Position numbers and translations under genes: made by a program. A DNA stretch of 64,000 bases from Thainema sp. (GTDB lineage: Bacteria > Cyanobacteriota > Cyanobacteriia > Phormidesmidales > Phormidesmidaceae): contig JBQLZK010000005.1 in assembly GCA_052168235.1 (NCBI GenBank), positions 1 through 64,000 of the forward strand, in the 5' to 3' direction. The notes below the pieces were generated by a model that worked only from the letters and a program-made list of their open reading frames with translations, was not told the DNA's origin and made no database searches. Positions 19,433 through 29,697 of this stretch are shown piece after piece (within the stretch, counting starts at the first letter, position 1; each line of letters opens with the position of its first letter).

Positions 19433-19785
19433 GTAGTGCTCCTCAGTCAGTAAAGTTACAAATCGACACACTTACTGTTTAACCCTACATCAGATAAATC
19501 GCCTATTCTGTAATTTCACGAGCAGGCTTTTGAACTCTTTATCAAGCGTGAAAGCAGTTGAAGAGTCAATAAATCCGAGGCCTTATCCTGCTAGAGATAG
19601 AGGATGGATTCATTAATTTACACTCGGTTATTTTGCTGCTACTGGGCGATAGCAAACAGTTTCCACTCGGTTTTGATGCTGAGTATTGAGGGTAGCGATT
19701 GTATTATTTGTAGTATAAACCTGCGGAATTGCTGACAAAAAAGCTGTAGATCCGGTCATACCTCTAAAATTCGAGGGCAGGACTC

Positions 19786-20772
19786 ATGCGTACTACAGCA
19801 CCGCAATGTACTCTAACCGAACGTACCTATCAAGATGAAACTGATTTAACTGCGATCGCAGATCTGACTAACCTCTGCTACAAAGCTGACCAAATCGATG
19901 CCTTTATGGCTATTAGCGAACTGCTAGAAGATTTTAATGCACCTAACTTTGATGTCAACCGTGACCTGCGGCTGTGGGAAGACGAGCAAGGTCGCTTACT
20001 AGCCATTGCCGATCTGTGGCGTCCCGAGCCAGGTGATGAGCTGTCCTGCGGTTTGGGCTTTTCTATCCATCCCGAGATCCGAGGCAGTGGCATTGAAGCG
20101 CAAATTGTGCAGTGGGCTGAGGCTCGGGTTCAAGCGATTGGCCAGGAATTTGAGGGAACGGTCATGCTGAACTCGGCAGCGCGATCTCACCTGCGTGACC
20201 GCTTCGCCATGCTGGAGCAGCACGGGTTTAGCTGGTGTCGCACGTTTAAGCGACTATCGCGATCACTAGTAGAGCCGATTCCGGCAGTGTCTTTACCAGA
20301 GGGGTTCACGGTTCGCTCCGTGAATCCGGCGCAGGATGGGGCCGCTTGGGTGGAGATGTTCAATCAGACCTTTGTGGATCACTGGAACCACCATCCCGCA
20401 ACTCTGGAACGGTTTGACTACTACAGGTCTTTACCGATCCATAATCCTGAATTGGATTTAGTTGCGATCGCGCCGGATGGAACGATGGCTGCATTCTGTC
20501 TCAGCATCATTTATGCCGAAGAGAACGCCCAACTGGGGCGTCAGGAAGGCTGGGTTGGCTTGCTGGGAACTCGGCGCGGCTATCGGCGGCTGGGTTTGGG
20601 TCGAGTCATGCTGCTAGAAGGACTACGGCGACTCCAGGCAGCGGGTATGGATACAGCACTCATCGGTGTCGATAGCCAAAACCCAAATCAGGCCTATCGG
20701 CTCTATGAAGACGTTGGATTTCAGCTTCTATTCGAGTCAATGGTTTATGCCAAGGTGATTCGAGAAGGCTAA
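19786..20772 (+). CDS. Tandem GNAT acetyltransferase (MshD-like)
   Basis: HPEIRGSGI and LGTRRGYRRLGLGRVML acetyl-CoA motifs; N..AYRLYEDVGF. Confidence 0.88.
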   Translation: MRTTAPQCTLTERTYQDETDLTAIADLTNLCYKADQIDAFMAISELLEDFNAPNFDVNRDLRLWEDEQGRLLAIADLWRPEPGDELSCGLGFSIHPEIRGSGIEAQIVQWAEARVQAIGQEFEGTVMLNSAARSHLRDRFAMLEQHGFSWCRTFKRLSRSLVEPIPAVSLPEGFTVRSVNPAQDGAAWVEMFNQTFVDHWNHHPATLERFDYYRSLPIHNPELDLVAIAPDGTMAAFCLSIIYAEENAQLGRQEGWVGLLGTRRGYRRLGLGRVMLLEGLRRLQAAGMDTALIGVDSQNPNQAYRLYEDVGFQLLFESMVYAKVIREG

Positions 20773-20784
20773 TGGCAACTCATC

Positions 20785-20825
20785 AGCGTAAAGCGGGGAC
20801 GGCGTTGCCGTCCCCGCTTTACGCT
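20785..20825. repeat. Perfect palindrome, 19-bp arms, overlapping the ribD stop codon
   Basis: AGCGTAAAGCGGGGACGGC-gtt-GCCGTCCCCGCTTTACGCT. Confidence 0.95.
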
Positions 20826-21964
20826 TGTTGATTATTTGAATCTACCAAATACCCCTCGATCAAATAATCATCGCCGACGGTACGGCAGGTGAGCTGGCTG
20901 AGCGGCAGCGCATCGGTCATTTTTTGCAGACCCATTTCACCGACGGGCGAGGGAGCCCGCTGTCCACCGATGAGTTTCGGTGCAATAAACGCCCAGATTT
21001 TTTGCACACTGCCGGAGCGAATCGCTTCCGCCGCCAAGACTCCGCCACATTCCCAGAGGACGCTGTTTAAGCCATGCTGGCAGAGATTGGCCATTAGATC
21101 GTCCGGTGTCAGCCGATCAAATTCCAGCACTTCGACACCGCGATCGCACAATTTAGCTTTCAACTCTGGATTGGCTCCCATTTCCGTGGCCACCAGCGTC
21201 GGCGCAATGTCCACATCCCAAAGCTTGGCATCCAACGGTAGATCCAAACGGCGACTCATGACCACGCGCAGCGGATTGCGATCGCAAATGCCGTGGCTAG
21301 TCAACAGCGGATTATCTTTGCGTAGCGTATTGCCGCCGACAATTACCGCATCGCAGATCGAGCGCAGCCGATGCACCTCCTGGCGTGCCGCTGCCCCTGT
21401 CACCCAAGCGCTGTGGCCTGTACTAGCGGCGATTTTGCCGTCCAGCGTCATGGCGTATTTCAAAATGCCAAAGGGGCGCTGATGGCGGACGCGGTGAATA
21501 AACGCTTCGTTCAATTTCTGACAAGCCGCTTCTTCCACGCCAACAAGGACTTCAATTCCGGCATCCCGTAATCGCTGAATGCCGCCGCCTGCGACGCGCG
21601 AATCGGGATCAACCATGCCGACAACGACTTTTTTTATTCCCGCTGCAATCAGCGCTTCGCTACAGGGCGGGGTGCGGCCATAGTGATTGCAGGGTTCCAA
21701 ACTGACGTAAGCCGTTGCGCCTTGAGTGCGATCGCCTGCCGCTCGTAGCGCAAAAACTTCGGCATGGGGCTGTCCGGCCTGGGGATGAAACCCTTCGCCG
21801 ACAATTTCGGGTTCTCCAGTCTGGCTTTCCTGGACAATGACGCAGCCGACCATTGGGTTAGGCGAAGTCCGGCCTGCCGCCTGTCGCGCCAGGTTGATAC
21901 AGCGCTGCATCAATGTGCGATCGCGCTCTGTTCCCAATGTTTTAACTGAACTCGTTTCAGACAT
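20819..21964 (-). CDS. ribD: Riboflavin biosynthesis deaminase/reductase
   Basis: PNPMVG, HAE, LEPCNHYGRTPPC, KYAMTLDGKIA, DNPLLT. Confidence 0.96.
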   Translation of the reverse strand: MSETSSVKTLGTERDRTLMQRCINLARQAAGRTSPNPMVGCVIVQESQTGEPEIVGEGFHPQAGQPHAEVFALRAAGDRTQGATAYVSLEPCNHYGRTPPCSEALIAAGIKKVVVGMVDPDSRVAGGGIQRLRDAGIEVLVGVEEAACQKLNEAFIHRVRHQRPFGILKYAMTLDGKIAASTGHSAWVTGAAARQEVHRLRSICDAVIVGGNTLRKDNPLLTSHGICDRNPLRVVMSRRLDLPLDAKLWDVDIAPTLVATEMGANPELKAKLCDRGVEVLEFDRLTPDDLMANLCQHGLNSVLWECGGVLAAEAIRSGSVQKIWAFIAPKLIGGQRAPSPVGEMGLQKMTDALPLSQLTCRTVGDDYLIEGYLVDSNNQQA

Positions 21965-22007
21965 GCTTAGTACTTCGTAGGATGGGCATCGCCACCATCA
22001 TTAGCTC

Positions 22008-22345
22008 TTAAAACACCAGCGGCCACAGCTCAGACACTCGCACCGTCCAACCCGGTAAGAGTTCTGGCACCGTCAACAGATCGCCGTCTTTGAGAATTTC
22101 TGACGTATCGCTACCGGGGCGATAAACTTCCACGGTGCGGGTCTCGGGATTCACGACCATCCCAACTTGAGTGCCCCAATCCAAAAGCTTTGTCCTTCTG
22201 CCACAACTGATTCAGGTTATCCATCGGTGACTTTACTTCGACCATTAGGTTAGGTGCAAGCTCAGCAAAACTGCGAGGACTCTGCCGCAATCGCTCAACT
22301 TTGCCGAAGGAGACATCTGGCGCACGATATCAGTATAAAGATTAA
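22008..22345 (-). pseudogene. Uma2 family endonuclease remnant (5'-truncated, frameshifted)
   Basis: Manual translation: RAPDVSF..LAPNLMVEVKSP in one frame, then WGTQVGMVVNPETRTVEVYRP..LTVPELLPGWTVRVSELW* in another; shift near 22190. Confidence 0.85.
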
Positions 22346-22475
22346 AAAATCTAAACTCAATGACGCTGCACTATTAGACCTTTGGAACAATAAAGGTGTA
22401 AACACGCACGTATTCGTGTTGTTTATCACAAGTTTCAAGGTTGTCACCGTGTAATTGTTGAATTTGGATAGAATC

Positions 22476-22763
22476 ATGTATACCCGTTGTATCGTTTGCT
22501 CCAGCTTGATTACAGCTGTGCTAGGAGCCGTGCTTGGTGTTGCGATCGCAGAAATTAGTCAACACGATCTGTATCAAGATAAAACTCATCGTAACTATGC
22601 CCTGATCGGTGCTGGCGCTGGCTTAGTCGTCGGGGCTGGACAAGAAGCCATTCGTCAGACAATTCAAGCTGATCGGGACGCTCACCCGAACTGGAACTAT
22701 ACCTTCGAAGAGTCAGTTCAGGATTATCGCCGCTATCTAGAACAAAACTGGAACGATTCTTAA
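22476..22763 (+). CDS. Hypothetical membrane protein (glycine-zipper-like)
   Basis: Two hydrophobic Gly-rich segments (AVLGAVLGVA; GAGAGLVVGAG). Confidence 0.65.
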   Translation: MYTRCIVCSSLITAVLGAVLGVAIAEISQHDLYQDKTHRNYALIGAGAGLVVGAGQEAIRQTIQADRDAHPNWNYTFEESVQDYRRYLEQNWNDS

Positions 22764-22765
22764 AC

Positions 22766-22824
22766 AAAACCAATGCTGTTGTGTTGTCCCCGCAGCGTGG
22801 GGACAACACAACAGCATTGGTTTT
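22766..22824. repeat. Palindrome, 26-bp perfect arms, filling a convergent intergenic gap
   Basis: AAAACCAATGCTGTTGTGTTGTCCCC-gcagcgt-GGGGACAACACAACAGCATTGGTTTT. Confidence 0.95.
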
Positions 22825-23956
22825 AGAAGTCAACGCCTCGCTTCAAATCAACGCCTTTCTCGGCGTAGTGCTTGTGGCAGAATACCTCAGAATGCACGCT
22901 GGCCAGATTGAAATAAGCGGGGGGATTTTTGCAGCGTCCGGTCATAATCACCTCAGTGTCGCGGGGCTTTCGCAGGAGTGCCTGCACAATCGGCTCCTCC
23001 GGCAGCAGCTCCAAATCCACTGTGGGATTAATTTCATCCAGAATAATCGTTTTATAAAGACCAGATGCGATCGCAGCTCGGGCAATTTCCCAGCCCCGCT
23101 CAGCTTCTACATAGTCCAATTCTTGCTGCTGTCCCCGCCAAACGATAGCATCCCGACCACAGCGCTGATGGTCAACTAGATTGGGATAGCTCTGTCGTAA
23201 AGCTGCGATCGCGGCATCTTCGGTGTAACCTTGTCCACCCTTGAGCCACTGTACAATCAGTACCCGGTGGGAAAGGTCTTGGCTGATCCCTTTGCCGATT
23301 GCTTGTAGGGCTTTACCGAGGGCGCTAGTGGATTTGCCTTTGCCCGCACCAGTGTAGATTTCAATGCCTTCAATTCCGTGTTCTGCTGCTTCAGGATGGT
23401 GATGAGGCCGCATTTCTGAATGCAAATCGGCAATGTCCAACAGGGCCTGCGGTGCGCCCCGCCCCGTGGCGATGATTTCCAGATGATCTGGCTTGCGCTT
23501 CAGCGTCCGTACCACTTCATCCACAGGCAATAACCCTAAATCCAACAGGGGATTGAGTTCATCCAGCACGACAACGGAATAGAGACCAGATGCGATCGCA
23601 CCTTTGGCAATATCCCAGCCCCGCTGCGCTTCCTGCTTGTCAAATTTGGTGATGTCATCCGGCCCAAAAAATTCGGCACGTCCCGTCCGTACCTGGTCAA
23701 TTAAATGGGGAAAACCTCGCTGGAGCGCATCAATAGCCGCATCTTCGCTGTAGGCTCGTCCTGGCCCTTTCAAGAATCGTAGGAGTAGCACCCGCGTTTG
23801 CACATCAGACCGAATGCCCAAGCCGATAGAGCGTAGGACAACCCCTAGCGCAACCTGGGACTTGCCCTTGCCCAAACCGTCATAAACATGGATTTGTCCC
23901 GCAACACGCTCAGATATAGCTTGGGCGGTGCGGATGCCGATACCTGTTCTCGTCAT
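22823..23956 (-). CDS. cobO: Cob(I)yrinic acid a,c-diamide adenosyltransferase, two-domain cyanobacterial form
   Basis: Two GKGKS P-loops, two LDE.N motifs, TGR motifs; ATG 23956. Confidence 0.92.
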   Translation of the reverse strand: MTRTGIGIRTAQAISERVAGQIHVYDGLGKGKSQVALGVVLRSIGLGIRSDVQTRVLLLRFLKGPGRAYSEDAAIDALQRGFPHLIDQVRTGRAEFFGPDDITKFDKQEAQRGWDIAKGAIASGLYSVVVLDELNPLLDLGLLPVDEVVRTLKRKPDHLEIIATGRGAPQALLDIADLHSEMRPHHHPEAAEHGIEGIEIYTGAGKGKSTSALGKALQAIGKGISQDLSHRVLIVQWLKGGQGYTEDAAIAALRQSYPNLVDHQRCGRDAIVWRGQQQELDYVEAERGWEIARAAIASGLYKTIILDEINPTVDLELLPEEPIVQALLRKPRDTEVIMTGRCKNPPAYFNLASVHSEVFCHKHYAEKGVDLKRGVDF

Positions 23957-24089
23957 GGTACTCAATTCGGAACCTCTATGTGTAGCACCTAAGGAGACTA
24001 ACTGCCTTCATTGTCTCCATATATAGCGTGATTTGAGCTTATTAGCTGATTCATTTTGCAATTGATCATCCTTGGCAGGTCTAAATACA

Positions 24090-24255
24090 GTGTTGGGTGT
24101 TGGGTACTGGGTGCTGAGTACTGGGTGTTGAGTGCTGAGGATTCGAGTTCGTCATAGTTATTTACCCCTTGATTCCCTCGACTCCCCTTACAGCCCTTCA
24201 CAGCCTTTTACAGCCTCACTCCTGAGTCCTTACTCCTTACTCTCCTCTCCCACTT
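24090..24255. repeat. Short tandemly repeated (STRR-like) heptamer tract plus CTTTACAGCC-like modules
   Basis: Seven GTRYTGR heptamers at 24090..24138, then CCCTCGACTCCC and three (C/T)ACAGCC units. Confidence 0.8.
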
Positions 24256-24485
24256 CACCAATTCCTGCAAAATTGCTACCAAATTAACCAGACACGGTAT
24301 AACCTTAAGCAGGATTTCGGCAGGCTGATTGAATCGTAGGTCTGAATCTCCGCAATCCGCATAAGAAATCGATGGTGAATATGACAATCGAATGCCAATT
24401 ACGTTGAGCCATGATCTCCACTATCTGTTGAACGTCTGCTCAAAATCTTTGCTAACTCTTGTTTTAACTCCGCACCTCAACCGTC

Positions 24486-25085
24486 ATGGATGACATTACC
24501 CTGACCACTGTTATACCGCTACCAATGGTCTTATTTCAGACTCTTTTTTTGCTGGTCGCCATTATTGTCGAGGCGATGGTGCTGCGGCAAAATTTGCGCT
24601 GGCCTCGCCGCATCAGTTTGGAGCGGTCTGCCACGATCAATTTATTGGCGGTAACAGTAGGCTGGATGCTGTTTTTCTTGATCGAACCGATCTTGCCACC
24701 GGGCTTACGAGAGCAGGTGATGAGCTTTATCTTTTTCGATCGCTTTTTTGCCAATGAGTGGTCCGGCAGCTTGGCGATTTGGTTGGTGGGAGCGGGGATT
24801 GTCGCCTTTTTCCTGACGTTTTTCATCAAGTTAGAGGGGTTGACGCTGCTGCTGCGTCTGCTGAAGCCACCGGATTTTCAAACCCGCGCCCAAATTTTGG
24901 CAGAGGAATCTAGCCATAAAAGCGCAACTGGACGGAGCCGATCGCGGAAGCTGCGCCAGAGTCAGTTTAATTTGCAGTATCAGCAAGAGCGCGATCGCAC
25001 CAATGCCGTTTTGCGAGCCAATGCCGCTAGCTTTACGGTGATTCTCATTTTGCTGCTGCTGCGTATCGTGCTTCAGGAGATTTAG
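24486..25085 (+). CDS. fraC: Filament integrity protein FraC
   Basis: PLPMVLFQTLFLLVAIIVEAMVL..TINLL..VGW pattern, multi-TM, directly upstream of a FraD-like gene. Confidence 0.78.
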   Translation: MDDITLTTVIPLPMVLFQTLFLLVAIIVEAMVLRQNLRWPRRISLERSATINLLAVTVGWMLFFLIEPILPPGLREQVMSFIFFDRFFANEWSGSLAIWLVGAGIVAFFLTFFIKLEGLTLLLRLLKPPDFQTRAQILAEESSHKSATGRSRSRKLRQSQFNLQYQQERDRTNAVLRANAASFTVILILLLLRIVLQEI

Positions 25086-25087
25086 CG

Positions 25088-26395
25088 ATGGTCAACGGCA
25101 TGGTTAATTTGTTCAAAAATACGTTTAAGCAGACGTCTCAGACTGTTGGCTATACGTTCAATCGGGTCAAGCCGCCGCGCTCATTCTCCTGGCAAATGCT
25201 GCTGCTGCTGAGCGTGTTTTCCTGGGTGCTGTCGCTACTGGCAGAGGCTAATTGGCTGAGCCACTTTTTAACCAATGGTGCGTGGCTGTTTCTGATTTCG
25301 GGAGTGAACTGGGCGCTACTGGAAAATCCCGTCAGGATATTTGGGTTGAATTTAGGGCCGTGGATTACCGGCGCACTGGTTGGTCTATTTCTCTTTGGAC
25401 AAGGTGAAAGTATTGACCTACAGATTGTGTTAGTTCTGTGGCCGCTGATTTCAACTGCGATCGCAATTTTCCCCTATTTTCTCTCCAAAGATTTGCAGTT
25501 GACGGTGCCCAACACCAAAGCCCAACAGCAAATCGTCCTGCTGATTCTGATTAACTTGACCTTGAGCTGCTGGATTCAGTTTTATTTCAATATTCAAAGA
25601 TGGCTAACCCAGTATCCCAGCCTGTTGGTGTCTAATTTTTCAGCCAGTGCCTTTGTCCTGTCGCTCGGTGATGTTGATGCCACTCCAAGGGGTGTTTCGC
25701 TGCTGGAGCAAACTGAAGCGCTGATCATCAATGAAATTGATGGTAAACCCTGGTCTTATGCGGAACGCTGGCTATTCCAGATTGATAATAATTTGCCAGA
25801 GCTCCGAGCCGATGCCTTAGACCGCTTACTAGAAGCGGAAGAAGATCACTTCTGGAACCTGCAGGAAGACGTTGACTCAGCTGGAGCAAACTATGAGCTG
25901 AACCTCCGCGCTATCTGGACTGGGCCAGGCACCCTGGATCAACCCTATGCACTCCAAGAAACCTGCGAAATCCGCCAAACTCAGTCCGTTACCGCACCTG
26001 CTGCGCCTGGTGCTGTAGCGGGTGCGATCGCATCCGGTGATAATTCCAATCTCAGCACTGCCGCCAACAATACGCCGATGACCGAAGTGGTCTGCTCCGA
26101 GATTTCTGAAGTACCAGTGGAACCAGCCGAACCGCCTGCACCTGCTGTCGCCCCGACCCCAAGTGCACCTGCCGCACCGACGACGGCTCCAATGACGCCC
26201 AACAGGGTGCCTCCTGATGCTCTGATGCCGACACCCCCGAATTCAGCCCCTACACCAACGGCTCCAGGACTGAATAATGCAGCTCCTGGAGCATCACCGT
26301 CTGCTGTGCCGCCTACAACTGCACCCGCAACCGCACCTACTACTGCACCCGCCACTGGACCTGTCAACTTTGGTGAACCCGCATCAACCCCCTGA
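25088..26395 (+). CDS. fraD: Septal junction protein FraD (DUF5357-like) with Pro/Ala/Thr-rich tail
   Basis: PPRSFSWQMLLLLSVFSW, five TMs, SCWIQFYF..WLTQYPSLL, PWSYAERWL; operonic with fraC. Confidence 0.75.
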   Translation: MVNGMVNLFKNTFKQTSQTVGYTFNRVKPPRSFSWQMLLLLSVFSWVLSLLAEANWLSHFLTNGAWLFLISGVNWALLENPVRIFGLNLGPWITGALVGLFLFGQGESIDLQIVLVLWPLISTAIAIFPYFLSKDLQLTVPNTKAQQQIVLLILINLTLSCWIQFYFNIQRWLTQYPSLLVSNFSASAFVLSLGDVDATPRGVSLLEQTEALIINEIDGKPWSYAERWLFQIDNNLPELRADALDRLLEAEEDHFWNLQEDVDSAGANYELNLRAIWTGPGTLDQPYALQETCEIRQTQSVTAPAAPGAVAGAIASGDNSNLSTAANNTPMTEVVCSEISEVPVEPAEPPAPAVAPTPSAPAAPTTAPMTPNRVPPDALMPTPPNSAPTPTAPGLNNAAPGASPSAVPPTTAPATAPTTAPATGPVNFGEPASTP

Positions 26396-26434
26396 TCAAC
26401 AAACGGTGGCTGCTGCAATGCCACGTATCAATCT

Positions 26435-26483
26435 CAATCTGATTGCTTACAGGTGCGCGTTGCACCTGTAAGCAATCAGATTG
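26435..26483. repeat. Palindrome, 22-bp perfect arms
   Basis: CAATCTGATTGCTTACAGGTGC-gcgtt-GCACCTGTAAGCAATCAGATTG. Confidence 0.95.
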
Positions 26484-26495
26484 GAAGGTTAAACA

Positions 26496-26546
26496 AAAGG
26501 ATGAGGGTTTTAGCGACTGTAACAGTCGCTAAAACCCTCATCCTTT
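26496..26546. repeat. Palindrome, 25-bp perfect arms
   Basis: AAAGGATGAGGGTTTTAGCGACTGT-a-ACAGTCGCTAAAACCCTCATCCTTT. Confidence 0.95.
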
Positions 26547-26650
26547 CGTCCAAAAATCAAATAACATTCCAAGTCGTGTAAACAACCAAAGTCGCCTTTA
26601 TGAGTAGCTTGCCGCTTTATTGTGCTGGGTTTTGATAGTTAATGTGCCGC

Positions 26651-28867
26651 TTAAGAAGAAACGGCAGGTTTAGTAGAAGACGGGAGAGACTGCGTTGTAG
26701 TCGGCGATAGCAGCGGTAGCATTAGCCGTACCAGCGTTCCCTTACCCTGGCCATCGCTGTGCAGCGTAATATATCCCCCCATTAACTGCATCAGATTGCG
26801 TGAAATCGCTAACCCTAAACCCGTTCCCTCATGGCGACGCGTCGTAGAACCATCCACCATCACAAAGGGCTTGAATAGCTTTGACTGTTGCTCTGGCTCA
26901 ATACCAATCCCCGTATCTTTAACATCAACCACAACCCACTGGTCAATCTCTCGGCTAATCGCTTTGCGATCGCGGGGCGGCAATCCGCTGACGAGTGAAG
27001 TGCGATCGCTAATCTGCACAGCCAAGGTAATGCTGCCCTGGTCAGTAAACTTAACCGCGTTGTAAATAACGTTCAGCAAAACCTGTTTTAGCTTTGAGCG
27101 ATCTACCTGTACCATCGGCTTGTCTGCGCGTGCTGTATGACTAGCCGAATTATTAGATGGTGGCCGACTAGACGATGCCTTATGAAGCAGGGGCATATAA
27201 ACCAACTGCAGCCCCTTTTGTTGTGCATGGACCTTTTGTAAGTGGATGACCTCACCCAATAAATCATGCAGATCAACCGTTTCTAGATACAGGGAAAGGG
27301 CACCCGCTTCCACCCGAGCAATATCGAGAATATCATTGATGATTTTCAGTAGATGAACCGCCGAATCGTAGGCTCGCTGTAGAAATTCCTCCTCTTCAGC
27401 CTCATCATCACAGCAGTCATCTAAAACCAGTCGAATGCAGCCAATAATGCCGTTTAGAGGCGTTCTGAGTTCGTGAGACGTAGTAGCCAAAAATTCGCTT
27501 TTCAACTGGTTGGCCAGCTCTGCTTCCCGACGTGCCTCATCTAGTTCATTGGCTCGACTCTCTAGCCGACGCATCATATCTTCTAGCGCGCTAGCGAGAT
27601 AATTCAGTTCTCGAATCCGAAAATTTTTAGGTATAGGCCCGGCTCCAGCCAAACTGTTAATCCGACGAGCATAAACTCCCAGCTTTTCAATCGGCGGCGA
27701 TAGGTACTGAGCAATCCACAAAGCAGCTAGCACGTATGCGCCAATCAGGCCCACCGTTAGCCCGACCAGAACCCGTTGAATCTTATGGAGTCCCTGTAGG
27801 GCTCTATCGGTTGGCGAGACGGCAAAAATAGTCCAAGTTAAAGCCTCTTCGCTATTTTCTTGATTCTTAATTTTGGCCGGACCATAGCCAGTGACCCATT
27901 CCTGTTTGCCATCGATAAGGTTAGAAAGCCGAGTGGCACCTCCTTGATCGGTGCTACCCGTATTTTCAATAATTGATGAAAATGCCTGGGGATCAGCGGC
28001 TAACGTTTGGCTCTTTTGTCCGACTTTGTTGGGATCAGGGTGACCTACGATTGTGCCATCTTCAGCAACAACCATAATTGGCCCTTTTAAATAACCCTGA
28101 GAAGACGATTGAGCGGGTAAGAGATTCGTTTTCAGCACGAGGCGATATCGCAACTGGTCATCTGGATAGTAAATAGGCATGCCCAGCACAACATCTAGCC
28201 TGGTTGGCTGGTTAGCTAAATCCTTCGCTTGCTGTCTTGCATTTTCTAGCTGTTGCTTGGCTAGATCTGACTCTCCATCTACTTCTCCATCTTGAATGGG
28301 ATTCGGTAACGATATTCCCTGCTGTGAAGAGGCATCTGCATTTGTGGTTTGCGGTGTAATCCTACTGCCCACCGATAATACCCGTACGCTAGTTCTATTG
28401 AATGCAGACGATAAGTCATTCAGCTCCATTAAGGTAAGGGCAGCATTTGCTCCCAATGTTTCGTCGCCACAGGTACTCGCTGAAATCGCTTTGGGCAACG
28501 GACGAAGGGGGCTTTCTTTGGGTTTGATTAGTTGAATGCAGATTACATCGGTGGGCAAACGAGCTTGCAGTTCCTCCAGAAAAGCAAGCGTTTCTTGCTG
28601 AGATCCGCTTTGCAGAGCACTGCTTTGGGCTGCCGTTAACAGATTGTTTTGTAGCGTCTGCATGGCTTGCTCAATTTCGCCCGCCTGACGGGCTGCGCTT
28701 TCCTGCAGGCTTTCCTCAGCAATGGTCAACAGTTCAGTGCGTGCGATGCGGAGGGCTACAAACTCTCCAATCAGCAAGATGGGAATGCTGAGCACGATTA
28801 TTTGCATGAGCAAGAGCCAGCGGAATGACGCCTGGCCGACAAATCTAGCCATGAGTATGCTTTGCAA
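26651..28867 (-). CDS. Membrane sensor histidine kinase (Cache-like, HAMP, HisKA, HATPase)
   Basis: [12 protein letters not shown]-box, NAVKFT, DTGIGI, GTGLGL; two TMs. Confidence 0.92.
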   Translation of the reverse strand: MQSILMARFVGQASFRWLLLMQIIVLSIPILLIGEFVALRIARTELLTIAEESLQESAARQAGEIEQAMQTLQNNLLTAAQSSALQSGSQQETLAFLEELQARLPTDVICIQLIKPKESPLRPLPKAISASTCGDETLGANAALTLMELNDLSSAFNRTSVRVLSVGSRITPQTTNADASSQQGISLPNPIQDGEVDGESDLAKQQLENARQQAKDLANQPTRLDVVLGMPIYYPDDQLRYRLVLKTNLLPAQSSSQGYLKGPIMVVAEDGTIVGHPDPNKVGQKSQTLAADPQAFSSIIENTGSTDQGGATRLSNLIDGKQEWVTGYGPAKIKNQENSEEALTWTIFAVSPTDRALQGLHKIQRVLVGLTVGLIGAYVLAALWIAQYLSPPIEKLGVYARRINSLAGAGPIPKNFRIRELNYLASALEDMMRRLESRANELDEARREAELANQLKSEFLATTSHELRTPLNGIIGCIRLVLDDCCDDEAEEEEFLQRAYDSAVHLLKIINDILDIARVEAGALSLYLETVDLHDLLGEVIHLQKVHAQQKGLQLVYMPLLHKASSSRPPSNNSASHTARADKPMVQVDRSKLKQVLLNVIYNAVKFTDQGSITLAVQISDRTSLVSGLPPRDRKAISREIDQWVVVDVKDTGIGIEPEQQSKLFKPFVMVDGSTTRRHEGTGLGLAISRNLMQLMGGYITLHSDGQGKGTLVRLMLPLLSPTTTQSLPSSTKPAVSS

Positions 28868-29303
28868 TGCAATCGGTTAGAGAGTAAGCCCAGAATTCCG
28901 CCACGAGCAAACCACAGTGAGAGCTAGCTATAACGGTGGTGTGGAATGATTCTTTGGCATAATCTTTGGTCAATTTAACATTTTTGTTTACTGCCGCTCG
29001 TGGGTTAAATCTGGCTTAACATAATTGAGACACAGGCAGAAACTCTACTGGTAGCAAAATTTGTCCTGCAATCTACTAGAAATAGCGTCGTGCCACATAT
29101 TTTGTCTTCACGATGATTCCGCGAAAGTTTACTGATTCTTGCGATTTACCACAGCAATCACTACCGTAATGACCGTATATCAAATTTCACCTGGGCAGTG
29201 GTCATGCCTTTATCTTTACTTCTATCCTGGTAAAGAGTGGAGAAAAGCTGGTTTTCACAAGTAGCTTTTGATATCAACCCATGCTGATAAGGAGTTTGGC
29301 ACT

Positions 29304-29675
29304 ATGCCAGGATTTGGAGAACTCGTGCAAAAGGCATTTTATCTCGGAGTTGGGGTTGCATCTTACGCCGGAGAGAAAGCGGGCAGCAAGCTAGGCGAAT
29401 TTCGGGCACAGGCCCAAAAAATCGCGGATGAAATGGTGGCTCGCGGTGAAATGACGACGGAAGAGGCACGACGACTTGTGAATGAAGTGGTGCAGCGGGC
29501 GCAGCAACAGCCAGAATCGGATGGAGAAGAGACCGGACGAGAACCCAGACGGATTGAGATTTTGGACGATAGCGAAATTGTTCCACACGGTGGCTCGACA
29601 GATGTGAATGATTTGCGCCATCAGGTTGCAGATCTGCGAGATGAGCTGCGACGGTTACGTGATCAAAATCGGTAG
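29304..29675 (+). CDS. Phasin-like / PhaF-family coiled-coil protein
   Basis: VQKAFYLGVG..DEMVARGEMTTEEARR..PRRIEI; AAGGAG RBS before ATG 29304. Confidence 0.7.
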   Translation: MPGFGELVQKAFYLGVGVASYAGEKAGSKLGEFRAQAQKIADEMVARGEMTTEEARRLVNEVVQRAQQQPESDGEETGREPRRIEILDDSEIVPHGGSTDVNDLRHQVADLRDELRRLRDQNR

Positions 29676-29697
29676 AAGAACAGGAGCGGTTGGCGTT

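Noticed and set aside
20889..21482. Long antisense ORFs (e.g. opposite ribD, ispH, lpdA, fraD)
   Set aside because: Shadow frames of well-supported genes with no motifs or RBS
24090..24255. Possible CRISPR array or the 67-aa ORF 23998..24201
   Set aside because: Heptamer tandem repeats without spacers; the ORF is just translated repeat
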